From a virus (Duplodnaviria; Caudoviricetes), in IMG/VR virus record IMGVR_UViG_3300017774_003848, positions 1 to 40,645 of that record: a DNA stretch of 40,645 nt; one strand, given 5' to 3'. The translations under genes and the position numbers were made by a program. The notes below the pieces were generated by a model. It was given only the letters and a program-made list of their open reading frames with translations, was not told where the DNA came from and ran no database searches. This document shows, one piece after another, positions 28,576 through 37,128 of this stretch. Each line of letters opens with the position of its first letter. The first letter of the stretch is position 1.

Positions 28576-28994
28576 TAATTATCCCTTATATACTCTAGTT
28601 TAAATTCAAGATTGTTAAGAGTAGCGCCGCCTAAATTTAGGTTTGGAAAATTTTTCATTATATCTTTAACGAGTTCGCTTGATAAAAATGATTTAAATCC
28701 ATTGATCCCACTTACGAGAGTGTTTAATTCTTGTAAATTTGGATTTCTAGTGTACAAGTAAGTCAACAAATCAAAATCAATATCATTAATGATCAATATT
28801 CCATTTGTTCTTAGTTTTGATACAGCCATATTGATTGTACTAACAACATCATTGAATTTTAATTTTGTCAATGTGTTATCTAATACAATAGTTGTGCATT
28901 CAGAATCTTCAGCAATATAGCTTAGAATTTCAGGCTCTGTAATTATCTTAAATGACTCGTCGTTAAAATTTCTATTTCCAACATATACTTTCAT
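28575..28994 (-). CDS. Divergent class I SAM-methyltransferase-like protein (139 aa)
   Basis: AEDSECTTIVLDNTL...SKLRTNGILIINDIDF resembles DNSVDEIxAxHVLEH...RVLKPGGxLxIxVPD. The Gly-rich SAM motif is eroded (YVGNR). Confidence 0.5.
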   Translation of the reverse strand: MKVYVGNRNFNDESFKIITEPEILSYIAEDSECTTIVLDNTLTKLKFNDVVSTINMAVSKLRTNGILIINDIDFDLLTYLYTRNPNLQELNTLVSGINGFKSFLSSELVKDIMKNFPNLNLGGATLNNLEFKLEYIRDN

Positions 28995-30079
28995 AAAATG
29001 CTCCTAGCTATTTCTGGATTCCTAAAATCATATTTGGCAATTTGCGCTTTTACTGTGTTAGACATGCTATCATACGCTTCTCTTTGAGTTTGATATAGTT
29101 CGTAAACTTTTCTCATTGTCATTTGCAAGTCAGCAACATCAACTTCTCTCCATAAATCGCGAGAGGTGTAAATATCATCAAACGTATCGGTTGCTCCATA
29201 ACAATATGACGCATGGGATTCCACTGGGAAGCTTGATTCATGCTCCTGATAATCTTCTATTCCAATCCCGTTTGTGTAAACTACGGGAAGACCAGCCGCC
29301 ATCGCTTCCATTGCTGGGTAACACCATGCTTCTCCATAACTTGGCATTACAAAAGCATGACATTGTTTCACAATAGAAGTTAATACATCTTCAGGTAGAT
29401 ACTCGCAAATAATAATTTCTTCTTTGTATCTAGAGCTTAATTTCATTCTTTTGCGAACATCTGTTCTGAATGAGTTTAAAGTTTCAAGATTTGACGAAGT
29501 TTTAATAAATAGATTTACTGGCTCGATGTAATCAAATTCACCATGAAAAGCCCTTAACAGGGCTTCGAGATTTTTTCTTTTTGAAAATTCCCCAACGAAT
29601 ACAAAATTAAATTTATTGTCTAATTGTGATATTGACGCTGCTGAATTTGTATTGATAACTTTCTCGTAATTAAAAGTGTGCGGCAATACTTTAATTTTTT
29701 CATAGCTAATTCCAGAATTCACTAAGCAATTTTTTGACGCTGTATTTGGAACCCAAAGCTCGTCCATCATATTCAAGTTTTTTAGCCAAATCATATTGGT
29801 TAAAATAATTGACTCTAACGCGACGAACCCAACATTTTTTACACCTCCAAAGTAACGATAGTCTTTTGGCAGGACATGCTGTACTATCACATCATAAGTT
29901 GAGGATTCTTTATTTAGCAATTCTAAAATTTGATCTTCTAAAACCACTTGATTTTTGTTATACTTTACCTCTTTGCAATATACGTCATATCCTGCCGAAG
30001 TTAAAGCTAATGCATTATATGTAGACGCCTTAGCCCACCCAGTACCATCAGTAAAGTTTCCAATATATTGAATTTTCAT
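28991..30079 (-). CDS. GT4-family (GT-B) glycosyltransferase (~362 aa)
   Basis: Start at 30079 via TAATG coupling. TGWAKA, FVFVGEFSKRKNLEALLRAF and FVMPSYGEAWCYPAMEAMAAGLPVV (intact EX7E). Confidence 0.9.
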   Translation of the reverse strand: MKIQYIGNFTDGTGWAKASTYNALALTSAGYDVYCKEVKYNKNQVVLEDQILELLNKESSTYDVIVQHVLPKDYRYFGGVKNVGFVALESIILTNMIWLKNLNMMDELWVPNTASKNCLVNSGISYEKIKVLPHTFNYEKVINTNSAASISQLDNKFNFVFVGEFSKRKNLEALLRAFHGEFDYIEPVNLFIKTSSNLETLNSFRTDVRKRMKLSSRYKEEIIICEYLPEDVLTSIVKQCHAFVMPSYGEAWCYPAMEAMAAGLPVVYTNGIGIEDYQEHESSFPVESHASYCYGATDTFDDIYTSRDLWREVDVADLQMTMRKVYELYQTQREAYDSMSNTVKAQIAKYDFRNPEIARSIL

Positions 30080-31728
30080 TAAGCACCAACCTTTTCTAGT
30101 CTCTTCATTTCCCATTGATTAAATGCTTCTCTCATGTTTGAACACATGCCAAAAGCCTTATCAATATTGAATTCTTCATATCTTTTTTCTAAGTCTGGAT
30201 GTGAATAGTCATTATAATAATAGCCGGGAACCGAAGAGGTAACTGACGTTCTGTATGTTAAATCTTTAACCATTCTTCTCCACATTGATTTATTGATCAG
30301 TTGCGGCATACCAAGAACATTGGTAAACAACCAATTAACTTGATCGGATGTTGGCAAGTTGTTTAATTCTTTAGGAACTTCCTTTGCAGGATTAAATAAT
30401 CTAGATGGAGACTCCCATGTTTCGGATCTATCGCGAACCGGAGTATCGTGGAAATATTTTGCCCAAGTGTATGCAGCATAATCCCAATTATAGATCTTCT
30501 TAGCGTTAGTATAGCATTTATTTGCAACATAAGCCCTTTTAGTTGTATCAGTAGCAAGCGCCCTAATAGTTTCGGCTAAAGCCTCATTATTTGGTACAGC
30601 TCTATTACATCCCGTTTCAAGCTCTTTGTAGAATGAAAGTGGTTTAATGCCAATTCCTTGGATATTTGCAATAAGTGACTGCATTGCTGAGTAATCTACC
30701 GATACAACTGGCAATCCTGCGTACGCAGCTTCCAACTGTGGCATACCCCAACCTTCACTATTTGCCCATTGAATATAAACATCAAATAGATTGTATACTC
30801 TATTTAGCTCTATTTCATCAATTTTATTGCCGATGCCAACAAGAGATGACGAAAAAGAATTGCATGAGGGGCAGAATGATACCGCATCGCTAAACACTCT
30901 GGAGTCTATTTTCCCACATCCTCGGCATTTATATGTCATCAACACTTTTCCTGACAATCCATTTAATTTAATCAAATCTGGAATGTCCCATCCAACATCA
31001 GGATATGTTGTATGACAATATAGATAGCAATTTGTAAGTGTTGGATTTTTATCAAGAAATATTCTAAATGCTTTAAATAGATCTGCATATAGTTTACGCC
31101 TTTGGTTTCTCATCACTGTTCCGAAAACTACTGCATTATCTGGAACTCCAAAACTCTTTCTCAAAAAAGTCTTGTCTTTTATCGGAAAGAAACTATTGCT
31201 AGCACATGGCGATGCTATGTTAACAAAATTAATATCGCTATGTTGAGCCAGCATTGTATCTCTACCAAATTCAGAATATGCAAACACTCCATCTGCTGAT
31301 GAATATGTATCCATCCAGCTAGCGTTTTGCGGCTCAGCATCTACTGTTGGCATGATAGCCCAGTTAAAGAACTGTCTAAACGGAGACCGCTCTTCGAATT
31401 CTAACATCCACCAATCGCGAATATCCATCACAAAATCAGGTTCAAAGTCTAGCAGAACGTGATTAAATGCAAATTCGCCAAACTTATTACTCATTGACGA
31501 ATTATAAATCTGGTGATGTTGTTCATTTCCAGCGGCTGGAATGTTAGGATATACTTTCCATGAAACATCTTTTAATTCTGGTGACTCTGGTCCTGTAAAA
31601 GCTGCTAATTCAGCAACTTCAAATTCTTCATATTTATTTAAACGGGTCAATATTTCCTTAGTGTAAACGGAGTATCCTGTCGGATGGAATGAAGCCTCCG
31701 TTACAAAGAGAATTTTTTTCTTTCTCAT
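30079..31728 (-). CDS. GT4-family glycosyltransferase with inserted Zn-ribbon (549 aa)
   Basis: KKILFV...TGYS, RNQRRK, DVYIQWANSEGWGMPQLEAAYAGLPVV (EX7E), and a CRGC-x14-CPSC insertion. Confidence 0.9.
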   Translation of the reverse strand: MRKKKILFVTEASFHPTGYSVYTKEILTRLNKYEEFEVAELAAFTGPESPELKDVSWKVYPNIPAAGNEQHHQIYNSSMSNKFGEFAFNHVLLDFEPDFVMDIRDWWMLEFEERSPFRQFFNWAIMPTVDAEPQNASWMDTYSSADGVFAYSEFGRDTMLAQHSDINFVNIASPCASNSFFPIKDKTFLRKSFGVPDNAVVFGTVMRNQRRKLYADLFKAFRIFLDKNPTLTNCYLYCHTTYPDVGWDIPDLIKLNGLSGKVLMTYKCRGCGKIDSRVFSDAVSFCPSCNSFSSSLVGIGNKIDEIELNRVYNLFDVYIQWANSEGWGMPQLEAAYAGLPVVSVDYSAMQSLIANIQGIGIKPLSFYKELETGCNRAVPNNEALAETIRALATDTTKRAYVANKCYTNAKKIYNWDYAAYTWAKYFHDTPVRDRSETWESPSRLFNPAKEVPKELNNLPTSDQVNWLFTNVLGMPQLINKSMWRRMVKDLTYRTSVTSSVPGYYYNDYSHPDLEKRYEEFNIDKAFGMCSNMREAFNQWEMKRLEKVGA

Positions 31729-31731
31729 ATA

Positions 31732-32064
31732 TTATCCTTCTAATTCTGGTCGTTGCACAGCCGATTTAAATGTTTTTACACGAAAGACGATTTTCTTTCT
31801 TGGTTGCTCATCTGCAATCCACTTGTGCTGTCTAGCTTCAGAATCAATAATCAACATGTCGCCTTTTCTAAAATATTTAGCGATAGTTGTTGCTCCTGTG
31901 TCCCACGCCTCAAAGTCCAAAAAATTAACTTGGCGATGCTTTTCTCCATTTTTATCCTTTCGGTAATCCTCTACTGCAAGTGAGAAGTTAACAACGTGTG
32001 TTCCGTTAACCTCTCTCAAATCTGGATCAGCGGCCAATTTTCCTACAAAATGACAACAATTCAT
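31732..32064 (-). CDS. ssb: Single-stranded DNA-binding protein
   Basis: MN..FVGKLAADPDLR...VVNFSLAV...FLDFEAW...IAKYFRKGD OB-fold pattern. ATG at 32064 fits the AGGAG RBS better than TTG at 32073. Confidence 0.9.
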   Translation of the reverse strand: MNCCHFVGKLAADPDLREVNGTHVVNFSLAVEDYRKDKNGEKHRQVNFLDFEAWDTGATTIAKYFRKGDMLIIDSEARQHKWIADEQPRKKIVFRVKTFKSAVQRPELEG

Positions 32065-32078
32065 AAAACTCAAAGCTC

Positions 32079-33668
32079 CTAAATTTGAAAAACTCTTTTA
32101 ACTACAAATGATTTATCCTTTTTCTCCTGTACTTCTCCATATAATAATACCGTGTTACCTTCAAAAAGCAACTTCTTATATTGGGAAAATTCTTCAGAAA
32201 AAACTGTAATAGAATCTAATTCGCCTGAACTATCTTCGGCAATCACAAATGCCATAAATTCACCCTCATGCTTGCCTCTTTTTAACTTATACTCTCTGAC
32301 TTGATTTATTTTGACTGCTAATTTTGCATCTTGCATTTTTTTAACTTCGCCATTAGCAATCTCTTTGCATGTGATATTTACATCATCTAAAGCAAGGTTA
32401 TCTGACTGAGAGCAAGTTAAGGCACATCCCATAAGTTTCTGTTCAATATCTGCAATCCACACATAATCATCTTCAAGTGAATAAGGAGGATTTTGCAATG
32501 CTTGATAGATATCTAACACAGAAGTAATCCTACGAGAATTAATCTTCTCGTTATTATTAATCATTCTGTTGACTAACTCAATGAATGGACTATTAGCCAT
32601 CCTTGTATTTCTCCAGTTGTCTATTATCCATGCTTGCTCTTTAATTGTTAGCTTGTTCCAGATATCAAACTCAAAGATCATTCTATTCCTGTTTAGCTTA
32701 TTATTCTTTCCTGTTAATCCACCAACACTAATAATAGAAATGAATGCGTTCTTCTTGATCTCATTACCAATAAGGAATAAGCACTCCAGCCAGTTAAACT
32801 CTTTAATAGACTTTCCTGTAATGCCTTCCGCTTCTTTGACAACTTTAGCCAATGTTTCTTGCTCGCCCTCTCCAACATTCTTGACATCGCTGTATCCAAA
32901 GTATATCACATTCTTATCTCTATCCATTGTAAAGCGACGATAGAAGAAGTCAAGCCTAGGAGGAAGAACTTCAATTCCTTGAAGTTTAGCGTCCATAATC
33001 AACTCTTTAATCTCTCGCTGCTTATCTGGTTTGCTAGATGCATTATTTAGATATACAGTATAGAACTTAATTGGGTCATGGGTTTTACAATAAGCCGAAG
33101 CAAATGAATTGATAGCATATGCAACAGCGTGAGATTTGTTAAATGAGTAGCGAGCAGATGCCGCGATCCATTCAAAAATCTTAGCTGCTGATATGTCATC
33201 CACTAATCCTTTAGTCTTAGACCCATTAATAAATTTCTCTTCGACTTCTTTCATAAGTGCCGCATCTTTTTTACCCATAGCTTTACGAAGTGAATCGGCC
33301 TCTTCAGGTGTAAAGCCAGCAATCTCTGTAGCAATACGCATAGCTTGCTCTTGATAAACGATAATTCCATAAGTTTTACCCAGCACCGTCTCCAGTGCTG
33401 GGTGTAAGTATTTGGTCTCGTCAATCTTAGCTTTGCGATCTGTGTAGTGCTTGGTCATAGATTTGCCGTCTAATTCGGCCTCTAGCGTGCCGGGGCGAAT
33501 AATGGATACCAAGTCAGCTAATTCCTCAATAGAGCGAGGCTGCGCCCTTTTTGCCCAACTAGAACCCAATCTGGACTCCAATTGAAAAACTCCCTTGGTT
33601 CTTCCGCTGCAAATCAGATCCCAAGTCGCTTCGTCGTCAAAATTTTTGATATCTTCAATTTGAACCAT
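32079..33668 (-). CDS. dnaE: DNA polymerase III alpha, C-terminal half (fingers, HhH, OB)
   Basis: DDEATWDLI..G.TKGVFQLES, IIRPG, TYGIIVYQEQAM, ADSLRKAMGKK, YSFNKSHAVAYA, VKNVG, MAFVIAEDSSG. It has its own RBS (AGAGGA). Confidence 0.93.
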   Translation of the reverse strand: MVQIEDIKNFDDEATWDLICSGRTKGVFQLESRLGSSWAKRAQPRSIEELADLVSIIRPGTLEAELDGKSMTKHYTDRKAKIDETKYLHPALETVLGKTYGIIVYQEQAMRIATEIAGFTPEEADSLRKAMGKKDAALMKEVEEKFINGSKTKGLVDDISAAKIFEWIAASARYSFNKSHAVAYAINSFASAYCKTHDPIKFYTVYLNNASSKPDKQREIKELIMDAKLQGIEVLPPRLDFFYRRFTMDRDKNVIYFGYSDVKNVGEGEQETLAKVVKEAEGITGKSIKEFNWLECLFLIGNEIKKNAFISIISVGGLTGKNNKLNRNRMIFEFDIWNKLTIKEQAWIIDNWRNTRMANSPFIELVNRMINNNEKINSRRITSVLDIYQALQNPPYSLEDDYVWIADIEQKLMGCALTCSQSDNLALDDVNITCKEIANGEVKKMQDAKLAVKINQVREYKLKRGKHEGEFMAFVIAEDSSGELDSITVFSEEFSQYKKLLFEGNTVLLYGEVQEKKDKSFVVKRVFQI

Positions 33669-33677
33669 TAGTTCCTC

Positions 33678-34385
33678 TTATATAGTAATATCCATAGGAG
33701 TGTCTGCAAATGACTTCTCAAAATTAGTCTTAGAATTTAACTTACGCTGATACTTCATAAATCTGACAAAGATATTTGCAGTGTCAACAACATCGTAGAT
33801 AGCATTGTGAGCATTTGCTTTGCTCTCTTCGGGGAACCCAAAGAACTCTCTAAGATATCCCATGTTTAACTTCTTAACTGAGTCGTTATCTTCAAACCAT
33901 CCAAATAGCACATCCATCATGTCTACTTTATAAATTTGATGAACGAGCTTTTGCTTTCCGGTTTTTTCTTCAGATGGTCCATACATTTGACAATACCTAT
34001 TTAAGATTGGCATATCATAGTTATTGATATTAAACCCTACAGGAATTGGGGCAAAGTATGGAGACCCCTTCATATTAAACTTAGTTACAAAATTAGAGAA
34101 CTGTTGCCAAGCAACTTTAGGCCCGACAGCTTTTTCTAATTGTTCGCGAGTTTTGCGTGTTACATCAAGAGCTTCTTGTTCAACAGGATCAAACCCCGCT
34201 TTAATGGCTTTTTCGTCATCAAACTCAGGACGTACTTCAATATCAAATACTCCACCCGGCTGAAGTGTTAACTTCTTACCATGCAATACGATTGCTGATA
34301 TTTGAGTTAGCTGACACTTATTAGGGTTTTTACCTGTAGTCTCAAAATCGAATACTAAAAAATCACGATTGCTGTTTAGTGACAT
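33678..34385 (-). CDS. DEDDh 3'-5' exonuclease (DnaQ/epsilon-like)
   Basis: Exo I VFDFETTG, Exo II GFNINNYD, Exo III AHNAIYDV. Confidence 0.9.
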   Translation of the reverse strand: MSLNSNRDFLVFDFETTGKNPNKCQLTQISAIVLHGKKLTLQPGGVFDIEVRPEFDDEKAIKAGFDPVEQEALDVTRKTREQLEKAVGPKVAWQQFSNFVTKFNMKGSPYFAPIPVGFNINNYDMPILNRYCQMYGPSEEKTGKQKLVHQIYKVDMMDVLFGWFEDNDSVKKLNMGYLREFFGFPEESKANAHNAIYDVVDTANIFVRFMKYQRKLNSKTNFEKSFADTPMDITI

Positions 34386-34596
34386 AGGTTTTTCTCAATT
34401 CTAAAAATTTATCAATAGCTTCATTTAGGTCGTAAAATATTTGTGAATACTTATTATTGTGGACTTGGTATATTCCATTCTTCTTCTCTCTGTACCAAGG
34501 AACATGATTTCTAAGATCAGACAAGCTCAAGTCTTTAAAATCAATGTCATTACCATCCCTGATAACAGTTGCGTAGTCTAGAAATTTTTCCTTCAT
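34363..34596 (-). CDS. Hypothetical protein (77 aa) between the DnaE halves
   Basis: Starts 1 nt after the DnaE-N stop with a GAAGGA RBS and overlaps the exonuclease start. It fills the gap exactly. Confidence 0.7.
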   Translation of the reverse strand: MKEKFLDYATVIRDGNDIDFKDLSLSDLRNHVPWYREKKNGIYQVHNNKYSQIFYDLNEAIDKFLELRKTYVTKQQS

Positions 34597-34597
34597 G

Positions 34598-36100
34598 TTA
34601 ATCCTTCTCTGTAATCTGCATAATTTTATCTAGTAAGTTAATCCCAAGCACATCAAATTTAGTCAAACCAACCTTATCCAAGTCATGCATTTCAAATGCG
34701 ACTAATCTATGACCATTCTTATCTGTGATAAGAGGTGCATCATTGATTAGATCCTCGTTAGAAATAATCACTCCTGCCGGATGTTTTCCTTGAGATTTAT
34801 AAGTTCCTTCTATTCTTATAGCCAGAGAGAACAAATCTGACAACTCACCAGATAAATTACCCTCCTTATCAATTCTACACCACTTTTCAAGTTTCTTTGG
34901 ATCATTTTCAAGAGTCCATCGAATAACTGATTTTATATCCATTTCTTCCAATTCATCCGAGATGCTAGCTTCTTGTGGTAAGCTCTCAGTGATCTCATTT
35001 AGCTCACTAAAAGACAAGTCCCCATAAACTCTAGCAACATCCTTGACTGCTGATCGACCTTGCAGACGCCCAAATGTAATCATCTGGTAAACTCTTTCAT
35101 TGCCATACTTGTTCTTGATATAATCAATAATTTCATCGCGGTGAACGGATGGAACGTCCATATCAATATCGGGCAATGAGATGTTGTCTTTGGTAAATCG
35201 ACCAGCATTTAAAAATCTAGAGAATAATAAATCGTATTTCATAGGATCAATATCAATAATCCCAAGTAAATATGACACTAAACATCCACCAGCACTTCCA
35301 CGTCCCGGTCCCGGTAGCCACTCATTCTTTCTTACGTAGTTAATAATGTCTTGCACAATTAAAAAGTATCCAGATAGTTCAAACCCATGAATAACAGACA
35401 ACTCATATTTAATACGGTCAGTGTATTCCCTCTTCTTATCATCTTTTAAATGCATAAGTTTTGCTCGCCAGCCATTTCTACATAATTGCGTTAGATAATC
35501 ATTTTCAGACATATCTCCACAATCTACGCGAGGCAGTTTAGGCTTAGAAAGAATGCTATACTGTTGCAGTTCAGAATATAACTGTTTAGTTCCAAAGTAT
35601 TGCTTTTCGCTAGGTATAATCCTATCAGTTGGATGAAAGAAATAATGATCGGATTCGAAGAACTTTTTATACTCCCCCATATCCACATCTTTAGCTCTTT
35701 TAAGCGTAGTTTTAAAGTTAAGACATAATACCATCCTATGAAGAATTGCATCATTTTGTTCAGCATAATAAACTGGCATAACTGCTAGTTGATCTTCTGT
35801 GTAAAATTGCATGTCTTCTTTGGCATATTCTATCTTTTCCTTAGAGGCTAACTTAATTAAAGCTCTGTATCCTTTTAGAGATTTAGCAATGTAATACCCA
35901 TTATCGGCTTGCATTCCAAGAATGGGTACGATCCCGGCTTTATTCATGGCATTGAAGAAATCAACAACACCACTAATAGTTTCAATATCGGCAATTAAGC
36001 AATGTGTATAGCCTAATTCTTTACATTTTTTAGCAGCTTCATCGGGCTTGATGAAGCCTTTCAATAATGAATAGTGTGTTGTTATCGCTGGCAATATCAT
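34598..36100 (-). CDS. dnaE: DNA polymerase III alpha, N-terminal half (degenerate PHP, palm, thumb)
   Basis: HYSLLKG, YFLIVQD, GPGRGSAGGCLVSYLLGI, LLFSRFLN, PDIDMD, GKHPAGVII, GLTKFDVLG. Confidence 0.93.
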   Translation of the reverse strand: MILPAITTHYSLLKGFIKPDEAAKKCKELGYTHCLIADIETISGVVDFFNAMNKAGIVPILGMQADNGYYIAKSLKGYRALIKLASKEKIEYAKEDMQFYTEDQLAVMPVYYAEQNDAILHRMVLCLNFKTTLKRAKDVDMGEYKKFFESDHYFFHPTDRIIPSEKQYFGTKQLYSELQQYSILSKPKLPRVDCGDMSENDYLTQLCRNGWRAKLMHLKDDKKREYTDRIKYELSVIHGFELSGYFLIVQDIINYVRKNEWLPGPGRGSAGGCLVSYLLGIIDIDPMKYDLLFSRFLNAGRFTKDNISLPDIDMDVPSVHRDEIIDYIKNKYGNERVYQMITFGRLQGRSAVKDVARVYGDLSFSELNEITESLPQEASISDELEEMDIKSVIRWTLENDPKKLEKWCRIDKEGNLSGELSDLFSLAIRIEGTYKSQGKHPAGVIISNEDLINDAPLITDKNGHRLVAFEMHDLDKVGLTKFDVLGINLLDKIMQITEKD

Positions 36101-37128
36101 TCAACTGCTCCCGGATCTTTATATTTCCCAATTGTGAACCCCGGCTTAGAACAATTCTTAACCGTTTCTGTCATCCCTATGGTTTTTAACTGGTCTTCAA
36201 TATAGTGACACATTGTAGTATCTGTTCCGGGCCAATTTGTCTTGTAGTAGTGACAAAGTTTTTGACATTTGAAGCTAGCTCTTTCTCTAGATATTGGTTT
36301 TGGAGTTTGATTTAACACAACCTCTTTAAACATTTTTTCTAGATATTTTATAAAGTTAGCGTCATCTTCTTTATCAAATGCCAGTGAGAACGGACCTCCA
36401 TCTCTGCAAAAGAAAATAGTCATAATAGAGTGCCTATGTTTAGGATACATTTTACTAACTGCGTAATGATATAGCAATAGTTGTGTATCCTTCATAAGTT
36501 TATCATAATCTTTCTTCTCTCCAGTGGCCCAGTCCAGTCTTTGACCCGTTTTCCAGTCGATTACCTCTATTGTACCATCTTCCATCTCAGTTACAAGATC
36601 AATTGTTCCTTTAATGGCGAGATTTCCAGATAATTTTTCTCCAGACGGCATAACATAATCAAATTTAGCCCAGTCTTCCAAAATTGGGATATCAAAGTGG
36701 GGTTCTGTATCAATCACCTTGCGATTACGTGGGTCAAACTGTCCTTTATTGTATGCTAACGTATCCCATACCATCTTATAACAAAACTCATAGTCTTTTT
36801 GGTTAAACTCATTATGAGGCGATCCCTTTTTATAGAATTCAAAACTTCTATCCAGAACAGAATTTACAAAATCATCTGTATACAATTGCTGTTCTGTAAA
36901 AGAGAAGTCACCCAAGGGTTCTTGAGTGACTTTCATTGTGCTTCTTTTGTTAAACTGGGTTCTCTTTTTACATATGGCTAAGGTTTCAAGTACTGCGTGC
37001 GTTATCGTTCCCAAATCTGCTTTTTTTCCCGAAGGAGAATAATGACCAAGAACGTAAGTCATAAAGTATTGAAGCTCGCAATATTTCCAATTATTTAAAC
37101 TGGAGCTTCTAAAGTATGTTGTTATCAT
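36097..37128 (-). CDS. PD-(D/E)XK nuclease, Cas4/AddB-like exonuclease
   Basis: SSSLNNWKYC, GTITHAVLE, KGTIDLV, VIDWKTG, QLLLY and C-terminal CQKLC...C (possible Fe-S ligands). Confidence 0.85.
   Translation of the reverse strand: MITTYFRSSSLNNWKYCELQYFMTYVLGHYSPSGKKADLGTITHAVLETLAICKKRTQFNKRSTMKVTQEPLGDFSFTEQQLYTDDFVNSVLDRSFEFYKKGSPHNEFNQKDYEFCYKMVWDTLAYNKGQFDPRNRKVIDTEPHFDIPILEDWAKFDYVMPSGEKLSGNLAIKGTIDLVTEMEDGTIEVIDWKTGQRLDWATGEKKDYDKLMKDTQLLLYHYAVSKMYPKHRHSIMTIFFCRDGGPFSLAFDKEDDANFIKYLEKMFKEVVLNQTPKPISRERASFKCQKLCHYYKTNWPGTDTTMCHYIEDQLKTIGMTETVKNCSKPGFTIGKYKDPGAVE

Noticed and set aside
33600-34700. Split intein, group I intron or ribosomal bypass joining the DnaE halves
   Set aside because: No intein N- or C-terminal motifs; the gap is fully occupied by two ORFs with no room for intron structure; DnaE-C has its own RBS.
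36097-37128. Cas4 as part of a CRISPR system
   Set aside because: No repeat-spacer array or other cas genes. Solo Cas4-like nucleases are common in phage replication modules.
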